Assembly (NCBI GenBank): GCA_964016885.1
Contig: OZ024755.1
Span: 22,940,001-23,004,000, forward strand
Source: Eledone cirrhosa
Lineage: Eukaryota
Length of the DNA: 64,000 nucleotides
Reading direction: 5' to 3'
Of the stretch, positions 14,497 through 26,883 are shown one piece after another. The position numbers and the translations under genes were made by a program. The notes beneath the pieces were generated by a model. That model saw only the letters and a list, made by a program, of their open reading frames with translations, was not told the DNA's origin and ran no database searches. Numbering within the stretch: position 1 is the stretch's first letter; each line of letters opens with the position of its first letter.

Positions 14497-15866
14497 TGAC
14501 TCGTGTGTGCTGGGTGGTCTGGATCTCTGGAAACGCACTTAAGCAATGGCAATCGCGAGTGATAATCCACATTTTCGAAAAAAGGAGACAAGAGAGATTG
14601 TTCCTATTACAGAGGGATCTCCTTGTTAAGCCTCCCCGGTAAAGTCTATACTAAGTGTCTGGCAAAGAGATGCAAGGAGGTTATTGAGTCCAAGCTAACT
14701 GATGAACAATGCAGTTTTCGCCCCGGATGCAGCACAGCCGACCAAATATTCACACTGCAGCATGTCTTTGAGAAATCGAGGAAGTATTGCCAAGAGGTAT
14801 ATTCTTATTTTGTAGACCTCGAAAAGGCATACGTCTGCGTTCCTCGGGTCGTGCTCTGGAAGGTTCTGCAGGAGTGTGAGGTCGCTGGTCAGCTTCTTGC
14901 TTCCCCGATGTCTCTACTATACGAATGCCCAAGTATTTGTGTTCGGATAAATGGTGCTAAATTAAAACCATTCAATGTGGGAGCCGGGCTCTGCCAAGGG
15001 TGCGTACTGTCACCTCTATTGTTCATTATTTTCATGAACAGAATTGACATGCGCAGCCGGGTTGGAAGTGGTATCACGACTGGCAGGTGTAAAATAAGTC
15101 AGCTGTAATTTGCAGACGACATGGTGTTACTTAACTCGACAGAAGGCGATCTCCGTCACGCACGTGACAGATTTGATGCCGAGTGCTGCATGGCTGGAAT
15201 GAAAATCTGTGTTGTGAAAACTGAGACACTCGTCCCCCTCAAGGAAGCCTGCGCAGTGCACTCTGCATGTGAATAGAGTTCCACTGAAGCAGGTGGAGAA
15301 GTTCAAGTATCTACGGTCCATGTTCCGTGGAAGGCAGGAGGCTGAATTAAGTGCAAGAATTGCAGGAGCTGGTGCAGTAATACGCCAGCTTCGGTATTCG
15401 GTAATCAGAAGAAAGGAGGTAGTTGAAAAAGCCAAAGTCACTATCTTCAATTTGGTATTTGTGCCAACCCTTACCTATGGTCATGAATCTTGGGTAATAA
15501 CCGAAAGAATACGATCTCGAATACAAGCGGCCGAAATGGGGTTCCTCCGATAGAGTGAGTCACTCCAGATAGAGCCCCTACTTCTACGAATCGAGAGATC
15601 ACAGCTCCGATACTATGGGTATGTGGTTAGAATGTCTCTGGAAAGAATTACTGGACAGATTTTACGGGCAAAACCAACCGGCAGGAGACCCATGGATAGA
15701 CCTTGAGCAAGATGGTTGGATAACACCCATGAGTTTGGCTGGTTTCACTTGGGGATCCAGCCGGATCAGTTGGAGACGGTTGCTTCTGACAGGGACCCAC
15801 TAGAAGGAGTGTTTGAGGACTCTGCCCTCACGACCCTCTCAGGAATAAGTGGGCGAAGAAGAAGAA
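14497..15866 (+). mobile_element. 5'-truncated RTE-clade LINE (Expander/Rex3-like), decayed RT and 3' end
   Basis: YRGISLLSLPGKVY, FVDLEKAY, GLCQGCVLSPLLF, FADD, VEKFKYL, LTYGHESW, RIQAAEMGFLR; multiple stops and frameshifts; (GAA)n tail. Confidence 0.93.
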
Positions 15867-16177
15867 ATGTATGGGGATTCTCATTTGCATATAGTGTGGG
15901 CTAGCATTGACTACCATTAGCACTAACACAGTGTGATTCATAATGGAGGTGTATACAATATGTTTATTTATATGTATTTAGTATGCAGAACACTCCCCTA
16001 GTGTTATTTCCCCCTCAGCCCTGTTGTTGAGATTCATAGAAATAACAACAAAAATACGGGATGGTAGCAACTGGAAAGCCTCTACGGTCATAAATCACAG
16101 ATGACCTAGGGTAAACAACTATAACCATATCGTGAATAAAATGATGATGATGATGATGATGATGATACGTGAAGAAA

Positions 16178-16212
<35 letters not shown>

Positions 16213-16997
16213 AACCCTCTCGTTACTATATTTCTAATGAAGTACCTATGATTTTCAAATAATTTTTTTAAATAATCAAGAATTTGGAGAGATTCAGTAA
16301 TGTAATAAAGGTTCTTACATAAAATTATAATGAAAGGGGTTTAGATAAATATAAACACTTAAAATAAACTAAGCAATTTTGTAAGGTGTAATCAGGTGCG
16401 CTTTCAGACGGTTTGGTGTCAGAAAGGTTACGATGTTATATCTCATTTACTTCAAATTAACAGAAAAGTTAAACAGCCATATAACAGCTCCCGCCACGAG
16501 ATTTATAAGGTACAGAATAAATCAAATTGCCTAATTATAAAGGGTTGAAGACGGTGAATTGGTTGGAGCTGTCGTTAGAGGTGTCGGAATAAAATACCTG
16601 AGTATTTGTTCAGGCACATCGTGCTCTAAGTTCAAATTTTGTTTTTAGCACCAGTCATGTACCGGGGATCGATTCTCTCTCTTTCTCTCACTCCTCTCTC
16701 TCTCATCCCCCTCTCTTTCTCTCTCGCTCTCTTTCACCCCCCCCCCCTCTCTTTCTCTCACGTCACCCCTCTCTCTCTCGCCCTCTTTCATCCCCTCTCT
16801 TTCTCTAGACTGAGACTAAGCAACAACAACAACAACAACGAGATAGTAAGGGATCTTCTACACGAGCCAATGATGTATTCTTTTTATACGAAAAGGAAAC
16901 CAGCTAGAAACAACAGCTAAATCTTCCTCGAATCATATCCTACCGTTTTAAATAGGACAGGGCACATTTATTTTCATTTATATATATATATATCATA

Positions 16998-17033
<36 letters not shown>

Positions 17034-17312
17034 CATTCACGTACTATGGCCGGAAAAAAAGATGAGATGGTCATGACTGGAACTTCTTTGATCATATGTT
17101 TATCCGGTCATGGCTTACTTGAGGTTAAATAAAAACTACGAGGACATCTACATTGATACTAGTAGGAGACTTTAATTAATAACTTGACCTGTTAGAAATA
17201 ACAGCCAAATCTTCCTATAGACATATCTTACACTCTTAAACATGGTATGTCACATTAGATAATGTAGTCTAAGATATACTACTATGTCGGTGCAGCATAG
17301 TCGAATGAAGTA

Positions 17313-17620
17313 TACTCGTAATTTAAAGGGCCAGCTTTGTTACATTCTGTGTCATGCTGAATCTCCCTGAGAATTACGCTAAGGATACATGTATCAGTTG
17401 AATGTTCAGCCACTTGCAGTATACATACAAGATGGATTGTACTTGTAATTCTAAGGGCCATCCATGTTACACACAGTGTCATGCTGAATCTTCCTGAGAA
17501 TTACGTTAAGGGTACTACGCGTGTGTGTAGAATGCTCAGCCACTTACACGTTAATTTCATGAGCAGGCTGTTTCCGTTAATCGAAAAACTGGAACACTTC
17601 ATCGTCCGAAACTGATGAGG
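17313..17620 (+). mobile_element. Two tandem partial copies of another SINE 3' region
   Basis: Duplicated gtgtcatgctgaatctccctgagaattacg...cagccactt, nested within a family D copy. Confidence 0.5.
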
Positions 17621-17857
17621 GTCCATTCATGTCTGGGTGGGTGGGGGGGGGGGGGGGACAGGATGGTGGTCACAGCTGGAATGGCTGTGATCATAAAGCT
17701 TGCTCAATCAGTCAGAGATCCTGACCTAGGGCTAAACGACAGTACCTATACTGATTCAATTTACCCTTTCGGTGGTGTCACCCACCCAACAAACTCCCTC
17801 TTTTGCAACAACCCAATTAGTTAACGAGATTTGATTTGGCATTAACATACGGTGGAA

Positions 17858-17899
<42 letters not shown>

Positions 17900-18349
17900 A
17901 ACGAACCGAAATAACCTGATTTATTAAGGAATTAATTGAAGATATGAAAAAATAATTATAACATAAATTTATATTTATCATTTTGTTTTCATATAATATA
18001 TACGAACCATAATAATAATTGTTTCTACTTTAGGCACAAGGCCAGCAATTTTGAGGGGAGGAGAAAGTCGATTTATTCGACACCATTGTATTACTGGTAC
18101 TTTATTTTATCGACCCTGTAAGGATGAAAAGCAAAGTTAAACTCGGCGGGATTTGAACTCATAATAATAATGGTTTCTGATTTAGGCACAAGGCCAGCAA
18201 GGATGTGTTTGTGTGTGTATACACACACACACACACATATATATATATACATACATACACATATATATATAACTTAAATGCTATATATATAAATATATAT
18301 ATAAATATATATATATATATATTCATTTTATTAAGGCTAAATTGTGAGA

Positions 18350-18397
18350 CTTGTTACTCTGGAGTTTCGCTTGCTACTAATGTGGTCACCAGACAAG
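18350..18397 (-). ncRNA. Degenerate type I hammerhead in a short PLE-like element
   Basis: Minus strand: cttgt-CTGGTGA-...-GAAA-ctccagag-TA-acaag. One core substitution; stems I and III pair, stem II is weak. A more decayed relative lies at about 3525-3575 (+). Confidence 0.5.
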
Positions 18398-18450
18398 AAC
18401 TCTACTTCGGTATTGAGTACCCTTTTCTCTCGGCCGTCAACTACATACGG

Positions 18451-18566
<116 letters not shown>

Positions 18567-18728
18567 ATATGTATATATACATTATAGAATACTGTTAGCT
18601 TCTCGCTAAAACAATTTCTATACCTTTCATTTATATATATATATATATATGTATGTATATATGTATATATATATATATACATTATAGAATACTGTTAGCT
18701 TCTCGCTAAAACAATTTCTATACCTTTC

Positions 18729-18802
<74 letters not shown>

Positions 18803-19217
18803 GTCTTTAAAATTTACAAATTTACACACACATACACAATGTATTTCCTAGTTCAGTCATGTTGCAACAATAATTTCGATCTATAGTAACAAGGTCCTGG
18901 GTGCCAACCCTGTATTTGTCCATGTAGATAATTTTTCTCCAAACCCACTCATACATTTAATCCTATATGTCAATTGTACAATACTATACGCTGACCATTG
19001 CTGTAATTATATATTAGAAATATGTTATCAAAATATCATTCCTATCTTTAATTAGTTCCACATGTCAGTAATGAAGTAATGAACATAATCTATAGGGTTT
19101 CTCTTATGCAAACCATTCATGCATGAAAACGCAAATTTCCCACTATGATTGTTCATATATCCGTTAATCTTGGTATAGACAGCATACCAGCATTGATCGA
19201 CGCTGCGAGTCCTCCCG

Positions 19218-19308
<91 letters not shown>

Positions 19309-19502
19309 GTGTATATATATAAATATATATAAAGAGAGAGAGAGAGAGAGATGTAAAATCCCGACCAAGGCGCCAAAACTAAATGGAAATAATAAAGCAA
19401 GCGACACAGTACAATTAAGAAATATATTAGTTCAACGCTTGATATAATAGGAAAAGAATGCCCCAGCATGGCCTCATTCGGATGGCTGAAGCAGGTAAAA
19501 GA

Positions 19503-19574
<72 letters not shown>

Positions 19575-19722
19575 CAGGCATGGGCAACCTTTTTCGAGCA
19601 GTGGGCCGCATAGATTGTGTCTCATCATATGGCAGGTCGCACTATTATAATATTCAGTTTTGAAATTAGGCGTGCCGTTTAGAAAGCCAAACGGGACGCA
19701 GGTCGCAGTTTGCTCATGAGTG
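19575..19722. mobile_element. hAT-like MITE
   Basis: caggcatgggcaacc...gggccgca and gtcgcagtttgctcatgagtg termini. Confidence 0.55.
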
Positions 19723-20024
19723 GTATATATCTATTTCGTAATTTTCATGTTTACACTATTCGAGACACTAGCGAAGTACCTTTTACCGACTGGGATTCGA
19801 AACCAGCTCGCAAACAGGAGTTAACCAACATACGAAATGGTGAGAGGATTTTGTTTGTAATGTCATGAGTATGTGGCTGGGTAGCTCAAAATTAAAGTCG
19901 CGTGGGTTGAGTAAAGAAAAAAAGCTACAAAAGAAAACAACAGACGACCCAACAAGTGAACCTATATGTAGTCACTCGATCTGCTAAAAACAACAGGTGC
20001 AATTCTCTCAAATTGTATACTACC

Positions 20025-20279
20025 CAGTGATTATTTTAACGTGCAGTTGTATAGTTCTAAATCTAATTTTGTTCAGTAAGTTTACATTCTGTGTCAAATA
20101 CTACATGCTCTTACATGGTAAGTGATGGTTAAAGGACTTAAAACACTGATAAAATGTTAAAAATAGCCATCATAAATGTTTCTTCTCAGACTCAGAATAA
20201 ATATATATCAAGCACTAGTTCTGGGCACCTGCCTCGAAAAATTTGTGCAGTTCCAAATATTTATTTAAAATAGCCCCTG
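20025..20279. mobile_element. Multi-copy MITE (cagtgattattttaa termini)
   Basis: Imperfect TIRs cagtgattattttaa / ttaaaatagcccctg. Homologous copies at about 6661-6870, 11715-11944, 12864-13078, 30805-31040 and 40147-40637 (last one split by a SINE). Confidence 0.65.
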
Positions 20280-21037
20280 AAACTATACCGTCCTAAAACA
20301 GGACGGGTGGATACATTGGATAATTTGTCCTAGATACACGCTATGTCTAATGGAAGTAAGGGAAGGGGCTAGTTACTGATGGAATGTTTGTGACCATACA
20401 TATCTTTGTCTTCTCGAACAAGCCTGACCTAGGGCTAAACAACAATAACAGCAGTAGTAAAAACGCGCCACGAAGGGAACTTTTACACGCTCAGTTGATT
20501 GACGTGCTAGAAGTAACACTTTACAACATATCCCTCAAATCACACTACCTTTCCGAAAATAAAATAAAATAAAATAAAAAGACGGGATGGTTACGCATAG
20601 TACATCTTTGATCACAGGTTTGAGTCCACAATAATGCCTGACCTAAGGCTAAACAACAACAAGCAGACGAGCCAACTAGAAAACTCCGGCAACGTTGCTT
20701 GACGTGCGAGAAATTACAGTCAAATCTCGCTCAATCTACCACGGCTGCTAGAGCAATTTCATAAAAAAATAGTACAAAATTAGCGGATTATGTTGGAAAG
20801 AAGCTCCCAAAATTAGCTTGTAAAATAAATAAACAAATATATTATATTATATATATGTTACATGGGGGCACACATACACATATGTGTATGCATGCATGTA
20901 TTTATGTATGCAATCCTCATGTGTATAAGGTAAGCTGCATGTCGGTTCTAATTTAGTTGATCATTTAATATGACATTACAACAATAACAACAGTATTAGT
21001 AGTAGTAATAGTAAAAAAAAAAAAACATGTGACTTAC

Positions 21038-21103
21038 CCAGAAAAGGAAGTTGAATGCAAACATAAGATATTTAATGCACGTATAACATCCTCCGAGCCC
21101 CAT
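21038..21103 (-). CDS. Tetraspanin (CD9/CD81-like), first coding exon: MGLGGCYTCIKYLMFAFNFLFW
   Basis: The minus strand reads gcaaa-ATG...TTC TGG|gtaagt: 66 nt, phase-0 donor. The peptide matches the tetraspanin N-terminus/TM1 pattern (CxxCIKYLxFxFNFxFW), and the intron follows the W as in CD9/CD81. Downstream exons were not found in the window. Confidence 0.93.
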
Positions 21104-21500
21104 TTTGCTAATTTCCTGATTTTTCCTTCTGTGTTCCCACTAAAAAATTCTCCAAACAACAGCAACAGTAGCAACGATAACAGCAACAACAAAACAGTAA
21201 TGGGAATATATATATGATATAGTAGTTAAGTCAACTAGATAAAGGGAGAACTGTTCTGGCCGCTTATCGTTAAGCTTGTTGCTGTTGTGTTTGCGACTGT
21301 AATTGTCGTTGTCGTTGTTCTTGCTGGTGCAGTTGTTATTGTTGATGTAATGTGTATTGTTTTGATTTTGGTTGGTCACTGTGAAAAGGTTTTCGTGATA
21401 GATGTATGTGTGTGTATACAGATGTCCTGGTTGGTAGTATGAACTAAGAAGTGAATGCGCGCACGCCTGCTTGAATATGTAGTGTATGGAAGGGCAAGTG

Positions 21501-21506
21501 TTTATA
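21501..21506 (-). promoter_or_regulatory. Possible TATA box of the tetraspanin gene
   Basis: TATAAA on the minus strand about 400 nt upstream of the ATG, at the edge of a long CT-rich tract. Positional argument only. Confidence 0.2.
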
Positions 21507-21619
21507 GGAAAGAGAGAGAGTAAGCGAGAGAGGAAGTGAATGTTTATATATGTATGTAGGTGTATACGTAATGAATGGAAGAAAGACAGATACACGCACA
21601 CAAACGGAAAGTGAATTTC

Positions 21620-22177
21620 GACGATAGAGAGACACAGAGAATGTGGGAGGGAATGGCAGAGAGTGGAAAAGAGAGTAAAATCTGAGACAGAGTGAGTGTG
21701 TATGAGAGTGAGACAGTAACTTTTACGTAGAAAACGAGAAATGAATTTAGACCAAAGAGAGAGAAAAAGAGTAGATAGTGAGGAAGGGAGTGAGTGAGTA
21801 GTGGTAAGAGAGGAAGAGATAAAGATGTGAGATGGTGATGCTATATATAAAGAAGGTTTAGTGAGGTTTGGTTTTTATTGGATGGCAACTGGTGACGGCA
21901 TCGACGGTGAAACCACCACAGCTGGTGGTGGTGGTGGTGGTGGTGATGGTGAGAAAAGAGTGAGACAGAGGAAGAGAATATAGATGAATATGTGATATAT
22001 ATATATAGAGAGAGAGAGAAAGAGAAAGAGAATGTAGATGAATATGTGATAGAGAGAGAGAGACAGAGAAAGAGAATGTAGATGAATATGTGATAGAGAG
22101 AGAGACAGAGAAAGAGAATGTAGATGAATATGTGATAGAGAGAGAGAGACAGAGAAAGAGAATGTAGATGAATATAT

Positions 22178-22212
<35 letters not shown>

Positions 22213-22650
22213 AAAGAATGTGCTGCTAGAGTGGGCGGTAAATATAAGAGAAGGGAATGAGGTTGAAGGAGAAAAATAATGTAAAATAATGCATGTGAAA
22301 GACACGCACACACACACAGGGAGATAGAGACAGATAGATGGAGAGAGAGTGAGAGTCAGAGAAAGAGAGAGAGGGGGTGAAAGAGAGAGTGAGAGAAGAA
22401 TGCGCTATAGTCAGAGGAAGAAACAGTATGAAGAAATGATTGGGGGAAAAACCGAAACAGATAGAGGAAGAGATATTGAAAGAATATGTAAAAGGTTTAC
22501 TATTTATAGGGTTAGAGCAGGACGCTAAAAAAAAAAAAACGTATTTATATACGGAGTTTGGGAGGGGAAAAGGAAAGTGTTAAGAAGCGACTATATTTGT
22601 AGAAGATAGAAGAATGATGACAAATGAGAGAGAGAGAGGGAGATAATGAC

Positions 22651-22696
<46 letters not shown>

Positions 22697-23132
22697 GATA
22701 ATGACAAATGAGAGAGAGAGACAGACACAGAGAGAGAAAGAGAGAAATGGAGTTAGAGAGAATTAAACAAAGAAAGAGATTACAGAAAGAGGGAGATATA
22801 GAGAGAGACTTAGACAAAGCAAGGCAGAGTAGAGAGTAGAGACAAAGAGAGATTAGACAGAAATCGAAAGAAAGATTAGAGAGAGAGATTAGGGAGAGAG
22901 AGAGATAATCGAAGAGAGATTAGAGAGGGAGAGAGACAAAGAGAAATTAGAGTGAGGGGGGGGGGGATTCAGGAAAGATTGACAAAGAAAGGTTAGAGAG
23001 GGGGATAGAGATTGGCAAAGAAATGTTAGAGAGTGGGAAAGAGAGAGATAGAGGGAGAGAGAGATTGACAAAAAGTTTAGAGTGAGAGATTGACAAAGAG
23101 AGGCTAAGGACAGAGAGGGTACGAGAGAGATC

Positions 23133-23199
<67 letters not shown>

Positions 23200-23652
23200 T
23201 GGTGAGAGAGAGGGGGGAAGAATGATTGACAAAGAAAGGTTAGAAAGAGAGAGAGAGAAAGACAGAGTGAGTGACAATAAGAGAGAGAGAGTGAGGGGGG
23301 AGGGAGAAAGAAGAGAGAGAGAGAGAGAGATGGGGAGAAAGGGAGAAAGGGGAGGGAGAGAGAGAGAAAGGTGGGAAGGAGAGAGAGAAAGAGGAGGGAG
23401 AGAGAGAGAGGGTGGCGAGAGAGAGAGGGGAGGGATAGAATTGTGATAATAGAAAATGATAATAGGGAGTGAATGAATGAATGGAAAAGGGAGAGGGGGG
23501 GGGGGACTTGAACGGATAAAGAAATTTAGAAAGAGAGGAAAAAATAGAGAGAGAAGCGATAAACAGAAAGAATTAGAGTCGGGGAGGTGCAGTTTTGTTT
23601 TTTGGGGGTTGGGGGTAGGATTAAAGATGCAGTGCAGGCGAGAGAAAGTGCA

Positions 23653-23689
<37 letters not shown>

Positions 23690-23760
23690 GAGAGAGAGAG
23701 AGAGAGTGAGAGAGGGAGTAGAGGGAGAATACGTGGGTAACGTGAGAGAGAGGAAATAAA
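21620..23760. repeat. Long GA-rich (polypurine) low-complexity tract including repeats of about 41 bp at 21960-22180
   Basis: Strong strand-asymmetric (GA)n composition. Confidence 0.9.
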
Positions 23761-24111
23761 GTAGGAATACCAAATATAGACATTGGTAAGGATAGGGTGG
23801 GCCCCTGAGTATTTAGAGGTTCCTTCACCCGATTATGCGCTGTATGTCCCCAAGAAACTTCAACCTACAGTTTGGTACAACGACAAGCCTGCTTTTTTCA
23901 AATATATTTCTTGCTGTAGCCACTCTTAAGAGAATTACTAAGCTTGCATGGCACAGTCCACGCTCACATACATGAAATGTCAAAACGTTGTATGATCCTT
24001 TCCACCGCTTTGGATATTTCCACAATTGCTACTCGGTGAAAATGTTTAGCAATTCGTTCATTGATTGCAGGAAAGTACTATTTATATATTTAATTTATTT
24101 ATGCAAATGTG

Positions 24112-24280
24112 TATAGACTCCGAGCAAGATGGTTGGATAACATCCATGAGCTCGGCTGGTCTTGCTTGGAGATCCAGCCCGATCAATTAAAGACGGTTGC
24201 TTCTGGCAGAACCCGATGGAAAGCATGCTTGAGGACTCTGCCCCGTGACCCTCTCAGGAGTAAGTGGGCGAAGAATAAGA
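24112..24280 (+). mobile_element. 3' fragment of the same RTE family as 14497-15866
   Basis: Aligns to 15695-15866 (gagcaagatggttggataac...gaccctctcaggagtaagtgggcgaagaa). A smaller piece lies at about 36455-36527. Confidence 0.85.
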
Positions 24281-24400
24281 ATAATTGTTTCTACTTTTGG
24301 CACAAGGCCAGCAATTATCTCAATGCATTACTGGTACTTTATTTAATCGACCCCCCCCCCCGTAAGGATGGAAGGCAAAGTTAACCTCGGCGGGATTTGA

Positions 24401-24606
24401 CAAGAAGAAATCTGTATATAACTGTGATAGCAGTGAAGACTTCTGGTGGTGTCCTTGGCCCCAGGGCCATATCCTGAGATACCACCATCGGCACAGAGTT
24501 GGCTACCCGCAGGTGTGAGCCTCGCGAGCAGAAATGACTCTTCCAGTGCGTCTCCCTTGCCATCCTCCGGAGAAACGCCTTCTCTATTCTGTTCGCCGGG
24601 ACCTAG
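24401..24606 (+). pseudogene. CRE-like non-LTR retrotransposon, restriction-like endonuclease C-terminus
   Basis: VIAVKTSGGVLGPRAIS*DTTIGTELATRRCEPREQK*LFQCVSLAILRRNAFSIL matches the RLE tail pattern AVETxGxxG...EPRE...LFQRxSLAxxRGNA. Confidence 0.7.
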
Positions 24607-24909
24607 GGGCGGCCAGCGCATGAGCAGCCGTTTGCTCATAATAGTGAGAGATCGGGAAAGCTGAAGAGACGGAGGCAGTGACATGGGAGTTCCATTGCGT
24701 TTATTTACCACACCACATTTTATTCACCTGAAATACCCGAAGGAAGTGAAAATGAGAGCAAAACATTTTACCATCGCACCCATCCACCTACTACCCATTC
24801 TAATATTTCTAAACATATATACGTATAGCTTCGGTTGGCGTGAGCCTTGTCTGTGCCACACCACGCTTACGAACGATCTGATAAAACTATTTCAACTGTC
24901 ATCCTTTAA

Positions 24910-25130
24910 CCCTTTAGCATTTACATTAGTCTATATTTACTATTATATTTTCACGGTAAAAGCTTCTTTATCTTACATACTTATCTCTCATAATATCGAA
25001 TCTATGAGATTTTGGTGTTATTTATTTTGAGTACATTACCTCAAAATCAATATGAGCAGCCAGACACAGCCAGTTTAAACAGAAAGAGGTGAGAGAACTC
25101 TGGCCGGATATGACCGGCCATATTTAAAAT
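24910..25130 (+). mobile_element. piggyBac-type MITE, right TIR decayed
   Basis: ttaa-ccctttagcattta and interior homologous to 58426-58631. Confidence 0.78.
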
Positions 25131-25612
25131 AAAAAGCAATTTCTTAGGGTTATTTTTTGCATCGTCTGAGAGTTGCTCAATGAAGGTTCGAGCAAGTCTT
25201 CCTCTGTTGCGCAACCCATGATACAAATCACAAAACCACAGTAGGAAGCAGTTGCCAGGAGCAATGGAAGATCGTGATTCGTGGAGAGACTTTGTCAGGA
25301 ATGCTCGATTTTTGTTGCAATAATGATGATAATGACTTTCTGCATGAAGACTAGTCTTAAGGAGGGCGGGGGCATGTAACGTAGTGAGCCATTGGCAAGG
25401 GAGATAACTCTAGGATGAAAATTAATTAAAATTTGAATGGAGTTGTGTAGTAAAGAGTAAACCTGATCATTGACATGATGACAACTGCTGACATGTTTTT
25501 AGTTATTACATCAATTAGATAACTCAAAATTATGACGTTCGCGCTATAAACATAGAATTCTTCGGGTGAAACGCGTGTTCCCAAGTGTGGTTTGTTAATT
25601 TGTTGTGGAATT

Positions 25613-25735
<123 letters not shown>

Positions 25736-25911
25736 AAAAATGGAGTGCTGCGTGGTTGCACATGGGTTACATATGAATAAAATTAGTCCTTCATCAGTGA
25801 TCTTCCAACTTTCATTGGTATTTCATCGCTTTAAAAATCATATACCTCTAGTTGGTGCGAGCAATAAAAAATAAAGTTATTGGGACAAGTAAAATAGGGT
25901 GAAACGAGCGA

Positions 25912-25957
<46 letters not shown>

Positions 25958-25961
<4 letters not shown>

Positions 25962-26152
25962 AACGAGTAGGACCCCGACGGCTGAGCTCAAGCCGTTTCG
26001 ACGGCTAATTCTGGACTCAGAATTAGCCGTCGAAACGGCTTGAGCTCAGCCGTCGGGGTCCTACTCGTTCCTATTACCCACTCTACTACCCTAAGTATTG
26101 AGTACTTTGGTGCGTTATGGTCCACCTGGTTCCTTACCACATTTCCTCCGTT
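25958..26152 (+). mobile_element. Short PLE-like element, 'ggaccccgacggctgagctc' family, fold-back form
   Basis: Palindrome centred on gact at about 26014, then tail ...aagtattgagtactttggtg...; flanked by (TA)n. Other copies at about 3372-3490, 4915-4960, 8160-8310, 41258-41432 and 50408-50520 (inverted). Confidence 0.7.
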
Positions 26153-26214
26153 ATATATATATATATATATACTAAGATATTAATAAATGGAAACTATATT
26201 TATAAAACCATATT

Positions 26215-26278
26215 TATTTTATTATATATATTTCAAGGGCGACCAAACCATCTTGGTGCGCTTTCGTCAGATAAAATA
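26215..26278 (-). ncRNA. Type I hammerhead ribozyme (inverted copy of 26364-26427)
   Basis: Reverse complement with about 2 differences in the stem II loop region. Confidence 0.75.
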
Positions 26279-26363
26279 CAAAATTTGTATTTTATGAATA
26301 GCGAATTTCCGACCGTTAAGGTTGATTTCCATGGGTATCTCGTTATTTATAAAACAAATTTTG

Positions 26364-26427
26364 TATTTTATCTGACGAAAGCGCACCAAGATTGCTTGGT
26401 CGCCCTTGAAATATATATAATAAAATA
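26364..26427 (+). ncRNA. Type I hammerhead ribozyme
   Basis: tattttat-CTGACGA-[aagcgcaccaag attg cttggtcgccctt]-GAA-Atatata-TA-ataaaata. Same stem I as the 32 kb copy. Confidence 0.78.
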
Positions 26428-26852
26428 AATATGGTTTTATAAATATAGTTTCCATTTATTAATATCTTGGAATATTTACTCCAGTAACTTGTTGAGTGCT
26501 CTGTATCAGTTATAAACATTTATATTTGTCGGAATTCCAACAAATTAAATATAACTTCTCTCTCTCTCTATATATATATTGTTATACTTGGGGAGGGTCA
26601 TATTGTTGTAATAATATTGCTAGAAATAATAGCACAACACACTCACTGTTTGGTTGGTTTTCGCTTCTGTATCTTGTATATCTCCATAGTTAATTCATTC
26701 GGTCCTCGATGTTTATCATTGACTGACCAATGGTAAAAAATACAGATATAAATACATATTTATATAGTCTAACAAAGTTCTTTCGTTGCACATCTGCAAC
26801 ACCATCAGTGGTACTATTATGTTTCCTCCTGTTGTATTGTATGTCTACGCCA

Positions 26853-26883
<31 letters not shown>

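Larger units (their letters stand above)
26172..26560. mobile_element. Short PLE-derived insertion: inverted repeat of about 130 bp with hammerheads, plus tail
   Basis: Inverted arms at about 26174-26302 and 26342-26468. Right-hand extension contains ttgagtgctct. TA/CT microsatellite flanks. Confidence 0.7.
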
